Of a stretch of DNA of 64,000 nucleotides, positions 51,001-63,791 are shown piece by piece. How positions within the stretch are numbered: position 1 is the stretch's first letter; every line of letters begins with the position of its first letter. Source of the DNA: Vicugna vicugna (Eukaryota); NCBI GenBank assembly GCA_013265495.1, contig MU061538.1, positions 2,572,865 through 2,636,864 on the forward strand, given 5' to 3'. The notes beneath the pieces were generated by a model. The model did no database searches, was not told where the DNA came from, and saw nothing but the letters and a program-made list of their open reading frames with translations. The translations under genes and the position numbers were made by a program.

Positions 51001-52460
51001 AGTGTTTGCAGACAAACCATTGGAAGTGGCCTCTCCTCTGCTGTGACACTAACCCTGGGACCCAGATGATTTATTAATAGCTCTCCAGGCCTCAGTGTCC
51101 TCACATGTAAGGTGGAGACACCACCATCCACAAAGGACAGCTGTGAATATCAAATGAGCTCATGTGCATATAACACGCGGTGCAGGCACAGGGGAGGAGA
51201 AGGGCCAGGACGAGAATGAGGGCAGAGGTGGAGGCAAGAAGGAGAGGCCCCCTGGGGGTCCCCAGGCCACAGAGGCCTCTTACTCCTTAGAAATTCCTAG
51301 GAAGCTGACACACAGCGCTCTCTTCCTCCCCAGGATCGCCCTCCCGTCGGCCTCCTCCACTGCTACCTGATGAGCGCACTGGCCTCCTCCGAATCCTTTC
51401 CGGAACGAAGTGGTGTGAGTTCAGCCACTTCCCTCTATGCGTTCATTTCCCTAACACTTCCTGGGCACTGCACCAGCTGTCGGAGAGCAAGCAAATAGAA
51501 GCCACCGATGCTTTAAGAGTTCACACGCACAATACGCCTTACGTTCTACACACAAGGCACAAACCACGGCTTCTGTCGATGACCCCAACTCAGCCACCTG
51601 AGCAGCGCTCCCGGATCCGGTGGACACTCCGTTCACGGTGACGCTCCAAGGACGCTGCTTGACTTGTTTACGTTGTTTACGTAGCTTGATCCCCGGAGAC
51701 TCAGTCTTGCTTGGTGCCGGAATGGCGTCCCCGAGCTAGTGCGAGCTAGTAACTTCAAGACATGAAGTTACTACCCAGAAGGAAGCCATGGAGACACATT
51801 AGCAGAAGACGTGCTAAGGCCACGAGTAAGCAGAGGGAGGGAGCCTGCCGTATCTGAGGCTCAAAGGCAGGCAGGAAGAGTGCAGGAGAACACAGGTTTC
51901 CCCGAGAGTAAGAGAGAAACGGGAATGTTCTTTCTAGCCTTCAAGAGGCTGCCCCTCCTCTTGGGCACCCAGTGATTTCTGCCAGGCCTGTCCACGGGAT
52001 GTGGGCATCAGGAAGAAAGGCTTTTATCAGCTTCAGGAAGAACCCAGAGAGGCGCTGCTGTGGTCGTCGTTTCTCACATCCATCAGCTGGTAATTAGCAG
52101 ACTCTTATTTGCAACCCATTTGCTTGTTTCACTCAACTTCCTTGGAGAGCTGATCCCCAAATTCAGTTTGAGAAATCCAGCAATTCAGCTTACGGGTGAA
52201 CACTCAACCTCGGCATCTTGTGTTCAGTACGAAACCTATCTCAATGAGAGGAGTCGTGGAGAAAATGTCGGAAAAGAAAACATCCCGTGAAAGGTTGGAA
52301 TCACATTATGTTGCCACTTACCCCTCTGATTTCAGCCCAAAAGGTGCCCTCTCCCTCGCTGACCGCAGCACATCCGTCCTCTCTCTCACATATTCCTTGT
52401 GCGCATTCACAGGCAGACTGCATGCAGGGGTTCATAGTACATATAGTAAGATATGTCTCA

Positions 52461-52585
52461 TTTCTTTTCTTTTTTAATTGAAGTCGAGTCGGTTTACAAT
52501 GTGTTAATTTCCAGTGTCCAGCATGGTGACCTCACACCAGCCAGAACGGCCATCATTAAAAGGTCCACAAATGATAAAATGCTGG
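52461..52585. mobile_element. Miniature 5'-inverted L1 insertion (antisense 3' end joined to a sense ORF2 piece)
   Basis: T-tract plus aattgaagtcgagtcggtttacaatgtgtt (antisense terminus), joined at about 52530 to sense cctcacaccagccagaacggccatcattaaaaggtccacaaatgataaaatgctgg (LTPVRMAIIKKSTNNKCW-like ORF2 region). Confidence 0.7.
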
Positions 52586-55500
52586 GTCTGGTCTCTGAGG
52601 CAACGTGAACACGTATCACAGAGCTAAAGTGACTTCCGAGGTGCAGCCCCGCTCTCTGGCTGTGGATCTACCACCCACGCCACCGGAGGTGAGAACTCGG
52701 TAGCCGTCAGTCAGGGTCTATACCGTTCTGCCCGTTAGAATTCCTGCGTTGGACGCATCAACCCCCCTGGGAGCTAGTCCGCATTTACTGCCCATCTGCC
52801 AGCAGAGTGTCAGACTGCAAACAGAAAAGAAACTCACTGAAGTCCTAAAAGTAATCATCTGGCAGCAGTATCCTTTCAGGTCGATCCCTTTAGTTCGTAG
52901 GCATTTGTTTTTGCAGATCACAGCTGTGTAAAGGGAAGTACTTTGGTGCCCAGAGGTGTTGGAGACGGGGTGAGGGGCTAACAGAAAACACGAGTCAAAC
53001 AGCAAAAAGAAGTAACTAACTTCCGGTGGAGGAAGCAAAGCTCACACTTCACCTGGCTGCCCTGCGGAGCCTCGGGGGTCGCATGGGACCACACTTCTGC
53101 CATGACCTCCGGGGTGCCAGGACGTGAGACCAGCGGTGAGGGGTGGGGGTGGTGTGCACTGGACGAGGTCACGGGCCACCTAAGGAGCTGCGTGATCCTG
53201 AGAGACCACGAGGGGAGAAGAAACTGCCCGGGGACACTGTCTTGTCCTTCCCAGACACGTCCAGACTCCCGCAGCAATGAGGGGCCTACCTCACGATAAC
53301 TCGGTTAATGCCCCCGTATTCAGTCAGCATAAACTTGCCGGGAACCCTGGGCAGGTTCTCGGAGCCCTCCGAAGGTACTTTCAGTGTTAAGTCAAATGGA
53401 ACCCTTAGAAAATGAGCGCGCTCCTCCACTTGCTCGCTGGGTGGCCCAGGGCAGGTAACTCAGCCTCTCTGATTGTAGGTGCCCCGTGTGCACAGCCGGT
53501 GTCACCCGGAAGCACTCTGCTGCTCTGTGGTTTCTGAGGTTTGCTGTTCCCCCCTTGCTTTTGGTGGGATGAAAGCCCTGTGTCGGCGGCCTTGACCGAG
53601 TAGACTGGGACCCAGGACAAAGGTCACTACAACTCGCCTGTATTTAAGGTAAACAGTAAGTGTACGCATGCGCCAGTTATATAAGCCTTAGAACCAAGAA
53701 AGCAGAAGTACGCATGCGTCATTGGTGGTATGCCAGCCCCGCGAACAAAGACACGCACACTGCGCATGTGCGGGCAGGACGGGTGCGCCGCGCCGCGCGC
53801 CATCTTGCTGTGTTAGAATCAACCTGTTCCGCTCCAGGTCGGCCCCCCGCGCGTGTTTCCGGTTGGGCAGCTCACCTCCTTGAACCCCTCTTCAGCCCCC
53901 TCGGCTGACACCCCGTCTAAGGATCCGACCTGGGAGAAGTGAACAAAATGAAGTGGCTTGTCGGTTCGAAAAACTCCTTAACTTGGCTTTTTAGCGGTTG
54001 TTGAGAAGCGCTGAGTGGCACCCAAGGCAAGGGCTCAGAAGGAGGGCTGCCAAGCTAGTCGTCTGCATAATGAAGCTGCCTGAATGAGCTGCCTCCTGTT
54101 TTTTTCCCCCTTCTGGAGCAGGAGATTGTGTAGGAGCCCAGAATATTCAGAGAAGTAAAGGTCGGGGGCAGAGAAGACCGTGACCCGAGAGACAGCCCCC
54201 CCTGGGACGGGAGGATGCTGATCCAGAAGCAGCAGGTGTGAGGTTGGCCCTTAGGTTGGGAATCTGCATCTTCAGAAAAGCCCAGAGCTGCTCAGCATCC
54301 AAAATCTTCGGACACCAGCATGTCTAGGCCTGTAGCCTCCCCCTCCTTCTGCTCCAGGAAGACAGAAGCGAGACACACAAAAAGGTGAATTCCATATCGA
54401 CCATTTATGAAGGATCCACCCTGGTACTCAGGACGCCTCCTTCTGGAAGATTCCTACTTGCAAAAAGACCACAGGGCACTGGCTATTTGGTTCGCCCAGA
54501 AGGCCCCTGAAACATTTAAAAGGTGAACATGAAATTCATGCTAAGTTTGCAGGCGACTCTGGTTCACGTCGCATCCCTCTGCCCGGACCTCGTCCCCGTC
54601 GGCATTGGTGCAGGGCGTGAGGTCAAGGTCAGAGGTTCTGTGACGGAAGCAGCAGCAGCAAAGCGAGGCCCCTCGGCTTGGGGAAGACGCCTAAGGAAGC
54701 AACCAAGAGGCAGGGAGAGCCAGTGAAGGTTCTCTGAGGCAGGAGTGCCCAGGGGCGGTCAGAAGAGGGACGTGTGACAGTCATCTCTCAGCCGCTCCAT
54801 CTCTGGGTGTGTAAGTGTTCTCTGATTCTTAACCTTGCGTAAAAGTCTGTACTTAAGTGGTTTTGTGTCCTTGAATTTGGGAGAAGAGAGGGGTGCAAGG
54901 GACAAAGCAGAGAGGAGAGAGGACTGTCTGCACGGGAACCACCCTGGTGCACAGGACAGAGCGGGCGGTGGGGTTCAGTCTGAGAAGAGCTCAGGAAACG
55001 TAAAGCATTGAAAAGGCCACCAGGCTTTCTGTGGGACCTGGGTTCATGTTTATGCTGAGGGGTGACCCCAGGCAGTGAGACATCTGTGGATACTTGGGTC
55101 ATGTGGAGATCATGACATCCCATGTCCCTCCCGGGGTGGCTTTGAGTGATTCTTGGAAACTGCATTAGAGGACGGAGCCCAGCATCCACTGCACTTTGCA
55201 TAGAATCCATCAATGGCAGGTGAAATAATCATGGGGCAGGGAAGTGGGGGCAGGTCTCCTCTCAGGAGCCAGCTCCCCCGTCTAGTAGGCTCTCCCCATG
55301 AAAGCAGAAAAATAGAATCGGATACATCTTTTCCCTTACACACGTACGTATAATTTTTTTACAATGCCAAGACTTACAGCAGGTAAAGAACCTGGTTATC
55401 TTTCAATCAACCAGAAACTCGCTTACGCAGAGTCCTTTTCCATGACACTCAGTTTGCTGAGTCATTCAGCCAAGTAATATTTACAGAAACTTTATTATAT

Positions 55501-55989
55501 GCCAGACACTCTGTTCCCATCAGGGAACTAGAACGTCACTACAACAGACTCACAGCCCCAAGGAGCCCGCCGTCAAGGGCACGGCAGAGGTGTAAACAAA
55601 CACCTGAGCGCAAAGTTAGACGCGCTCTGGGCACAGGACCGAAGGGTCGTCGGGGACTACGCTCAATTATGGAGATCAAGTGATTCATTTTTTATTAATT
55701 AAGAAGGTGATACATGCTGGAGAAGATGCCGATGATAATTAATTAGCCTGCAGCAGGCCGCCGTGGCTAAGGACGCGGTGGGATGATTTGAAGGAAACAG
55801 TAAATGGAAATGTCAGTGCTGGCAGGAGGGTCACTGCGATCAAGGCTGCCGGGTCTCTAATGAACAGCACCTCCTGATTTGCTTTAAAAAGACCGTTTTA
55901 GACACAGAGGAATCTCCCCCCCAGGCTGCAGTAAATCGGGATGTCTGCACCTTCACATTAATGTCTCCCTTAATTTGGATGAAGGTAAA

Positions 55990-57240
55990 ATAAAGGAAGA
56001 CCCGTGCGCCCTGGTCTGTGGCCTGTGGGGGTGAGAGTCTCGTCGGCGTCCCACTGTCCCACTGTCGGCGACCCCCTGCCCCGCGCCTCGTCTAGTCTGG
56101 AGGGCGGACCTGCCGCAGGAACGCGTCCTGCTCCGGCTCCCGGGTGCGGCGGCGGCGGCCTCGCCAAAGCCCCGGGCAGCCCCAAGCCCGAGGCGGCCAC
56201 GTGCGCTCCGGAGAACGTCCCGCCGCCTCCCTGAGGACTGAACACAGTATGTACGTCTCACTTGACATCCCTTCTCTCAAGAAGAGATCCCCCCGCCCCC
56301 AAAAGCCTCTCCTTTGTCCTGCAGACACAGCTGAGACAGGCTCTCACTCCGCGCTCTCGCCAGAGGCCTGCGTTTGGGTCCCCAGAGGCTGAACCTAAAT
56401 TTCCCAGGGAGGCGCGCTTGCCGCCTGTGAAGTGACCTAGACTCAGGACGCCTCGCTTCGCGGGGAGAGCGCGGCCTGGCGGCGCCCGCAGAGATGCGGC
56501 TCCCTCACACTTGGATTAACAGCAGCAGCAGGGCCCTGGGTCCCGCAGTCATTCACGGGCCCAAGAGCCCAGCGGGGAAACAGCACCGCGCGTGGCGCAG
56601 GGAGCTCTGGGCCCTCGAAAGAGGAAGCGGCGGCCGCCGCCTCTGCGCCAGGCCCTCCTCCGGCGGCGGCGGCCCCGGTCCCGCCTTGCAGAGCGGACGG
56701 CGTCCCCGCGGCTGGGGGCGCTGCGATGATGCTCTGCTGGAGGCTGCGCGGGGTTCTACGGCAACCTGGGGAAGTGAGCCACTCGTTCTGCTCGGGCAAA
56801 ACCAGAGATCATTTATTTTGGCTCAAGAAGGAAGGTGAGTTTCTGAAGCAGAGAAGAGCTGAACAGAAGCGTCTCACACACGGAACGGAGGCCAGGGCAC
56901 CAGGCTGTCTCGTGCAGCTACCGTTACCGCTTCCGCTGCCACCGGCACCGAGGGCGACTGTCTTTGAACGTTTCCCGCGCGCGGGTGACTCCGAGGGGAA
57001 ACTTCGGAGGGACAGTTAGCAGGTAGTAGTTTTAGCTCAGATACTGGGAATGTGGGAGATGCATTAAGAAGAGCTGGAACAGTGCACACAGGTGGCCGGC
57101 TGGCCCCACGGCCTTGGTCTGAGCTCGCGGGAGCGCGGCGGGGGGCGGCCCGGCCCCGCTCGCTGAGGCAGTCCGCGGCGTGCTCGGCCAAGCGCCAGAC
57201 AACCGGGCGCCTCTTCTCCGAGCAAAGAGGGAGTCTCGAG
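55990..57240. promoter_or_regulatory. CpG-island-like GC-rich region
   Basis: Three CpG-dense blocks (about 56000-56240, 56400-56770 and 56880-57240) with ggcggcggc runs. Confidence 0.5.
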
Positions 57241-58779
57241 AACTACCTCAAAAGAGAAGGTAAATTGGTGGTTTCCCCAAACGTGGACTGTAATCTCATC
57301 TGCTTCTCAAGGGCTTTAGTAGGCACAATGATGCTTCTCAACGTGCATTTTAGGTAATGACTTCGAATGATTACTGTTATTATCTCCATCGGCACACCGA
57401 GCCGCGGAGGAAGATCTTCGGTCTTAGAAACCTGTCCTTCTGGGCATTTTCCTGAAGTGACTCTGGCCTGTTGGTACAGGCTGCACGAGTGGACCCCCAG
57501 GGAACTGCTTCACCCTCTGCAATTCTAAGACGTAATGGCTCTGATTGAAAACTGCAGCCTTCAAAAAGCAGGAGGAACACCCAAACCCTTTTAAACTTGA
57601 ATTCTCCCTCTATCCATCCCCCTGAGCTTCATAAAAAAAATCCATCTGGTTTTTCAGAATAACAATAGAGAAAAGATACAGCAAATATGGAAATCAAGCT
57701 GCCTGGAGCCCTGCGCTCTATCTCCAATTTTATCTCCTAAAACATACACTTTTCCAGGATAAGCCAGCCAGCTGATATTTTCCTGCAGTCAAAAGAAGCA
57801 ATTTTCCCCAATTTTACAGTCTCTCTCTAGTGTTGCATCTGAGAGACAGAAAGAGCTCCGCGCACAAGAGGCTGGATTAATGGGAATGAGTGTAAACAAA
57901 CACAGTGGAGAGATTCTGGAGCCAGCCAGCCGCAGTGGTCCCTCCCGCGTCCCACAGCCGTTGAGGAGGGAGCAGGCTGTGAGGCCAGGCGTTGCCTCGA
58001 GCTGGCAGACAAGCTAATCCAGCCCTTTGTGCAGCTCCTACGCCAGCCCCGGGCCCGCCTGCATCCTAAAGATAGCAGGAGGGGAGAGCCGGTCCCTGAA
58101 GGGTGCTGGTGGCCCCGGCCTGCTCGGAGCACAGGGTGAGGGACTCATCAGACCATTGCCAAGTTTCAGCTGCCTTCCTGAGAGGGGATCTGCAAAAGCA
58201 AATAAGCTTCCTGACACACGTGAGGCCCAGGAGTCCCGCCAGGTGCTGTGGCGTCAGGCGACTGTGCAGGTGGACGCAGCGCACTCAGGAGGGCACTTGA
58301 GCGGCAGACACAGAACTGAAACTCAGCGGCACAGAGACTATGACGAAAGTCGTGAAGGGAATGGTTCCTTCTACAGGGAGTATCCAGAGGCCTGAGGACC
58401 TTGGCCACCTAGAGGCTGGAGACAGAAAGCTCCCTCCGGCCACATCGTGATCCCTCCTCCTGAGCGCTGCTCCTGGTCCTGCTCCCAGTCTCCAGTCCTG
58501 CACCCTTTCGCTGGACTGCTGGCAGTTGTGCCCGCAGTCAGGAACTGCAGCCCGAGTCTAAGCTGGGCGCTGAGTGCGCTGAAGGCAGAGCTGGCAGGAG
58601 TGCTTGAGGCATTAGGTATGAGGTACAAGAGCGAGCAGAGCAAAGCACGACCTCGAGGGCTTCAGCCCGTTCTGCCAAAAGAACGAACCTCTCGTCAACT
58701 GAATTGGGAGAGGCTGTGGATGGGGCAGGTGTTTTGTTTTTTGGTGGATTTTTAAATTTTTTGGGAGGGTGGGAGGGTG

Positions 58780-59720
58780 TAGGTCAGGAAGTCAGATTTG
58801 GAGATGCTGAAGTTGGGGTCGTGATGTCTGTAAGACATCTCAGGACTTCAGGAGCGAGGTCTGGTCCAGAGAGTAAGTTAGCCATCATCAGGCAGTGGGG
58901 ACTATTTTACGTCATGAGACTAGGGGAAAACACTAAGGGAGTGCGTGAAGATATCGAAAGGGGAGCACACAGACTGAGCCCCAGGACCCCAACATTACAT
59001 GTTAGAGAACAGAGCGAGCACCAGCAAGGCGCCCCAGAAGGAGCTGCCCATGAGGCAGAAATAAAACCAGGAGAACCTACAGTCAAGTAGAAAGTTTGTG
59101 CAGGCGGAGTGGGTACTCAGTTGTGCCAAATGCTGCCGATTGGTAGACTCAGATGAGGTCTGTGATGTGCCCATGGAATTTAGCAACCTGGAGATACTGG
59201 GGACCTTGACAAGGAGGAGTGTCAGGAAGTGCGTTTAGAGAGAACAGGAGAAGAGGAACTGGAGACGTCGCAGAGAGACAACTGTTTGCAGCTGCGAAGA
59301 GGAACAAGAAAGTGGGCAGTGCCTGGCGGGGAACGTGGAGTCAAGCTAAGTTTTGTGTGTGTGTGTTTCGGTGTGAGAAGTAAGAGCGTATCTGCTTGCT
59401 GATGGGAATCACCTGCCACAGAGACAAAAAAATGAACAATTAGAGAAGAAAGGTGATATTTGCTGCCATTATTGCTCAAGTAAGTGAGGCAAGTTGGCCT
59501 CTGATGTGGGTAGATTGAGCACAGACAGGACATCTGTGGTTACAGGCGTGGGGAGGGGCAGAGCGCGGGGCGGGTGCCGACGCTGGTAGGTAAGGAGATG
59601 TGAGGGCGAGAGTATTCTCAAGCTTTCTTCCAGTAGGTTTAGATGAGACGTAGGCTGGGAAGAAGATGTGGAGGAGAGAGGAGAAGGTTTGTAATTATCC
59701 ATCATCTAGGAGTTGGAAAG
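58780..59720 (-). mobile_element. LINE-2 fragment (antisense)
   Basis: Purine-rich antisense L2 phrases (tcaggagcgaggtctgg, gactgagccccaggaccccaacatta, tggaatttagcaacctggagatactggggaccttgacaag). Confidence 0.7.
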
Positions 59721-60544
59721 AGTGAACAGACGAGGAAAGCTCAGGAAGAGTGGTCCATGGACATAAACAGACTTAAATGTCTGAAGCAACCAGAAGACCT
59801 CATCACAGTGGCCACCTCCTGTCATGCAGTCCCAGCACAGCACACGAAGGGACCCAAAAGGTTGAAAAGTGCAGTGTGGGTTCTATAAATCACATAAGAA
59901 TTTACTTGACTAAGCAAATGCATGGAGACACTATGCCCTGGCCAATTTCAGGAGGCACGTGCCTCCTCCTTTATCAGAGAGCTCAGGGTGAGTTCAGATG
60001 CTGTCCACTCTGTTGCTCTGCACACCCCGTCTGGCTTGCCCCCACGGCGGCAACAAACACGGGAAGTCTATTTGAAGACTGTTTGACTATTTGAAGACTG
60101 TTTTACCAATCAATTTCAGATTAAGGGTAGATTAAAAAGTCATCTCTAGTATAAAAATGGATGAGGAGAAATTGAACTCCCACCAACCCATTTCCTCCTG
60201 ATAAATAAAGTGTATTAGCTCTAGATGATTAACTCCTATATTAAACCCAAGATACATTTGTTAACTTTAGTGTTTAATGTGCACTTACAAGAGTCAGTCT
60301 CTTTGTCTGTGGGGAATTACCCCATTTTTCCTGATCACTTGGGTATTGTGTTAGTTTAACATAGCCCCATGGGAAAAGAGGATACTAGAATACAGAATTT
60401 AAGAAATAGCAGTCATTCTGAAATAGTCACAGCCTGTGTAGTCTTGTTTAAAATACACAGAGTAGCCAGAACGGTTCTGAAAGAAACTGGCTGGAGACAG
60501 GTGACACATTCTTTCCAGGGCTGGAGACATTCTATCCAATGTAG

Positions 60545-60725
60545 CAGCTTATAGAAACCAGAGAGACCTGGGTTCAAGTCTGAATTCTGCTACTTATTAA
60601 CTGTGTGATATTGATCCAGTCATTTAAATACCCCAAGCTCAGTTCCCTCATCTGTAAAATGTGAATGATGATAGTTGTGAGAATTAAATGTAAAGCACTT
60701 GGCCTAGAGCTTAAGATGTGGGAGA
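60545..60725 (+). mobile_element. MIR SINE
   Basis: agacctgggttcaagtctgaattctgctacttattaactgtgtgat...ctcagttccctcatctgtaaaatg...gtgagaattaaatgtaaagcactt. Confidence 0.85.
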
Positions 60726-60735
60726 CCTCCAGTAC

Positions 60736-60975
60736 GTGGCGGTGGTGGTGGTGGTGACGGTGGTGATGTGATGATGATGATGGTGGTGATGATGATGATG
60801 TGATGATGATGGGGATGATGGGGATGGAGATGGTGATAATGATGGTGATGGGGCTGGTGGTGGTTGTGATGATGATGGTGATGATGATGATAAGAAGAGG
60901 CATGGGCGGGAGAAAGGAGGAGGAAGAGGGGAAAGAGGGGGCTGTGGTTGTGACAGTCGTGGTGGATGGTGGTAG
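60736..60975 (+). repeat. (TGA/TGG)n imperfect trinucleotide low-complexity tract
   Basis: ggtggtggtg...atgatgatga runs. This tract produces the poly-His/Ile/Met ORFs in the track. Confidence 0.95.
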
Positions 60976-61363
60976 GGGTGACTCCCAGCCTACCACAGGG
61001 AAACTCTTCCATGGGAAGACTGTGTGCCTTTTCTGGGCCCAGCAGCTTGCCTGCTACATTGTAGACACTCAAGAAACACTAACTGAATGAATTAATGTTC
61101 TGATAATTTCTAAAGCTCATCTCACCATTTGACAACTTGTGGTAATCCTATGAGTATAATCTTTCCCTGGGTCTTAACATTTAGACTTGTAAGGTAAAAA
61201 ATGAATGAATTCTTTATGGTATTTATAAAAGTCAATTACAAATGCACAGTTGATCACTGCAGTTACTTCATTCACTGTAAGCTGGTGCGTCTTTAGGGAG
61301 CCGGGAGGAAGGGGGTGGCCAGGCAGAGGAGTAAGTGAGAGTGGGAAGGCAGCTCAAAGCAGC

Positions 61364-61585
61364 AGGCGGGGAGAGCCGTGCCGTTCCCTGCAGCGTGCGG
61401 GGCGGAGCAGTGCCGTTCAGTGTAGCATTCGGGGGAGAGCCGTGCTGCTCCTTGCACTGGGCGGGGGAGAGCTGTGCCGTTCCATGCAGCGTGCGGGGCG
61501 GAGCCGTGCCGTTCCATGCAGCGGGCAGGGGAGAGCAGTGCCGTTCCGTTCAGCGTGCAGGGGAGAGCCGTGCCATTCCCTGCAT
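61364..61585 (+). repeat. GC-rich minisatellite, about 7 copies of a 31-32 bp unit (GGGGAGAGCCGTGCCGTTCCATGCAGCGTGC)
   Basis: Directly visible tandem units with scattered substitutions. Confidence 0.9.
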
Positions 61586-62749
61586 TCCTGATGGTGCCTG
61601 GTCTTTGGGGAGACCTGACCACCTGCCTACTTGGCAGCAAAACTTCACACTGTGTACATTTACAGAGGACAAATCCTCTTAAGGAAACTCCTGGACACCG
61701 AAGCCTGTTTGTTTGAACTGCAGGTGTGCTTCTGAATAGAGTTGACCTCCTGGAGCAGGCGGGCTGGGCACTTTCTGCTGGGTGCAAGGCCACCCCTCAA
61801 CTGCTTGTATTAACTCCCAACTCTGTGGATATAACGAAATTCTGGCTCTTGTCCTCTGGCCAGAAAGCCAGCACATCTCAGGTCCATACATCAGCCGCAC
61901 ACGTTAGCTCACGTGATACAAACACGTTACAATAGCAACCAACACAGCTTCCTGCAGACATGTAGGTGCTCTTGGGCCCCAGAGCTCGGCTTGTACATTT
62001 TAAATTTCTTGCACAGGGATGCTGATTTAGGCCAAGTCTGAAACCAGGGGCGCCCCAATATAAACATTTCACTATATTATTTTAGCATCTCATGGAGTCT
62101 TTGCCGGGCCTCCGCTGACCTACTCTGAACCCTATACCTTTGAAACCAAGTTTATGCACGCCTTTGAAACTCCTTCTCAGGAGGAAGGAGAAGGCCGTGA
62201 CTTCCTCCATGTGCTCTGTTATGATGGCCGTCCGTCACTCCCTGATTTGTCTCCAGAACAAGGACTCTGTGCTCCTTAAGACGGTAATCATTTATACTCC
62301 CAAGATCAGGCCCAGAGCACAAGAGCAGCGCTTGCCTCCTCCCTCTGCGGTGGGTAAACACAACAGGAGGCAAATGCGAAGGCCCCTCAAAACAAAAGGT
62401 AAGATTCCTTCCTCAAACAACAGAGGCCTGGGCCCTATCTGCGCCGTGGGCTTCCGCGTGCCCCACTGCTGTTCACGCTGCCTCGCTCTCATTCCTACCC
62501 AACTCCCTTGACAAAATACATCCCCTCCAAGATCCAGCTACCTCTCTTATTTTTAAATTAGCTAATCTAAAGATCAGAAACAAACACTGAAGCCACGGCA
62601 GAGGGCGGAGGGGAAGCTGTTGCCCTGGCAGGAGACTGAACGCGGAGAGTCATGGGTGATTTTTGAGTCTGTGACGCATGACAAGCACTTCAGAGGATCT
62701 GATGGCAAGAAAACATGATGACACGGCGTCACTCAACAAAACAGTAGGG

Positions 62750-62915
62750 GAAAGAGCACAAACTGGGAGGTCAGGAGGCAGGCTTCCAGCCACCGCTGCC
62801 ACTACTCAGCCCTGTGCCCTAAGGAAAGTCACCTGCCCTCGCTGGGCCCCACTCATTATAAAAACCAGGGTGGGAACCAGACCTCTACCTTCCACTGTAA
62901 GGTTCTCTGACCTGG
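62750..62915 (+). mobile_element. Degenerate MIR
   Basis: aaagagcacaaactgggaggtcagga...ccctgtgccctaaggaaagtcacctgccctcgctgggcccc...ttccactgtaaggttctctga. Confidence 0.55.
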
Positions 62916-63692
62916 GGGCTAAGTCTCAGGTGCATCCCACTGAGGCTAAGACTAAATGCAAACAATATCCGTGGAGATCACAGGAGAGGTTCAAGGACCA
63001 GATGACGCAGGAGGGATGCAGTGAAGCCTGCAGAGGATGGGAGTGTGGTCATGCACATCTTTCCTCCCACGACTGCACTCCAACATCATTTCTGACCCAA
63101 CGAAAGGAAACAGATGACGTTCCGAACCAAAAAAAAAAAAATACTGTGAACATACTGCCTTTTGCCTCCGGTTCTATTTTGCTTTGTTGTTTACAAAAAT
63201 GCCCCCAACAAGAAAACAAAGGTTCATCCAGATCCAACTTCACGAGGAAAATTAACGGATCAGCTCAGTGCCCTGGGCTGTTTCCTTCATTCCACAGCAT
63301 TCTAGAAGAATCCGTTTAGTTCCTTTTGGCCCCTGGTCCAGCTGGGAATGAAAGCAAGAGAAGCACCGAAGGGAACGAGGAACGTGGACACGGGAGGAAG
63401 GCTCGGCTGTGTCTCTCGCTGTTCCGTTGCTTAGCAACGTCTCACATCTCCGTCTGGGAGATAATGGCTCAGGGAGGTGACACAGACGACCCGTCTCTCA
63501 CGAAGGAGCAGCCTGATTTTCCCAGACACACACTTTCTTGTAACAGTGAGAGGATGAGGATGACAGCGAGAGCTCTGGGGAGGCGCTCCCAGAGCCAGAG
63601 AGAGGATGTGACAGGCAAACTTACGAAACCCAAACTCTCAAGGTAGCAGGGAATGGAAAGCGGCTTCTCAGTGCACAGGACTCGGGACTCAC

Positions 63693-63791
63693 CACTTATC
63701 CACTTCGCCTCGGGGTCATGAATTTTGAAATCTTCACTGAAGAGATCTTCCACGGTGACCTTCTTCTTTTGAGACAAACTGTTATCTTCCG
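63693..63791 (-). CDS. DPP6: DPP6 coding exon (99 nt, phase 1-1; probably exon 3): (A)[32 protein letters not shown](D)
   Basis: The minus-strand translation matches the DPP6 ectodomain start after the transmembrane helix as I recall it. The acceptor is a polypyrimidine tract ending TTTCCAG (AG = 63792-63793) and the donor is GTGAGT (63687-63692). The exon sits inside ORF-track entry 63469..63858. Confidence 0.97.

Larger units (their letters stand above)
14707..63692 (-). other. DPP6: DPP6 intron of about 49.0 kb between the 99-nt and 95-nt exons
   Basis: GT...AG boundaries on the minus strand. The flanking exons join into continuous DPP6 protein sequence, so no constitutive coding exon is missing. 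Confidence 0.9.

Noticed and set aside
60067..60103. Short local duplications (ctatttgaagactgttt twice; also at about 44967-45002 and 45404-45431)
   Set aside because: These are ordinary slippage-type microduplications with no further structure.
60574..61090. Poly-His, poly-Ile and poly-Met ORFs
   Set aside because: They are translations of the (TGA/TGG)n low-complexity tract.
62678..63319. 213-aa ATG-initiated ORF antisense to DPP6
   Set aside because: It runs through a MIR remnant and an A-run, and shows no recognisable homology or exon structure.
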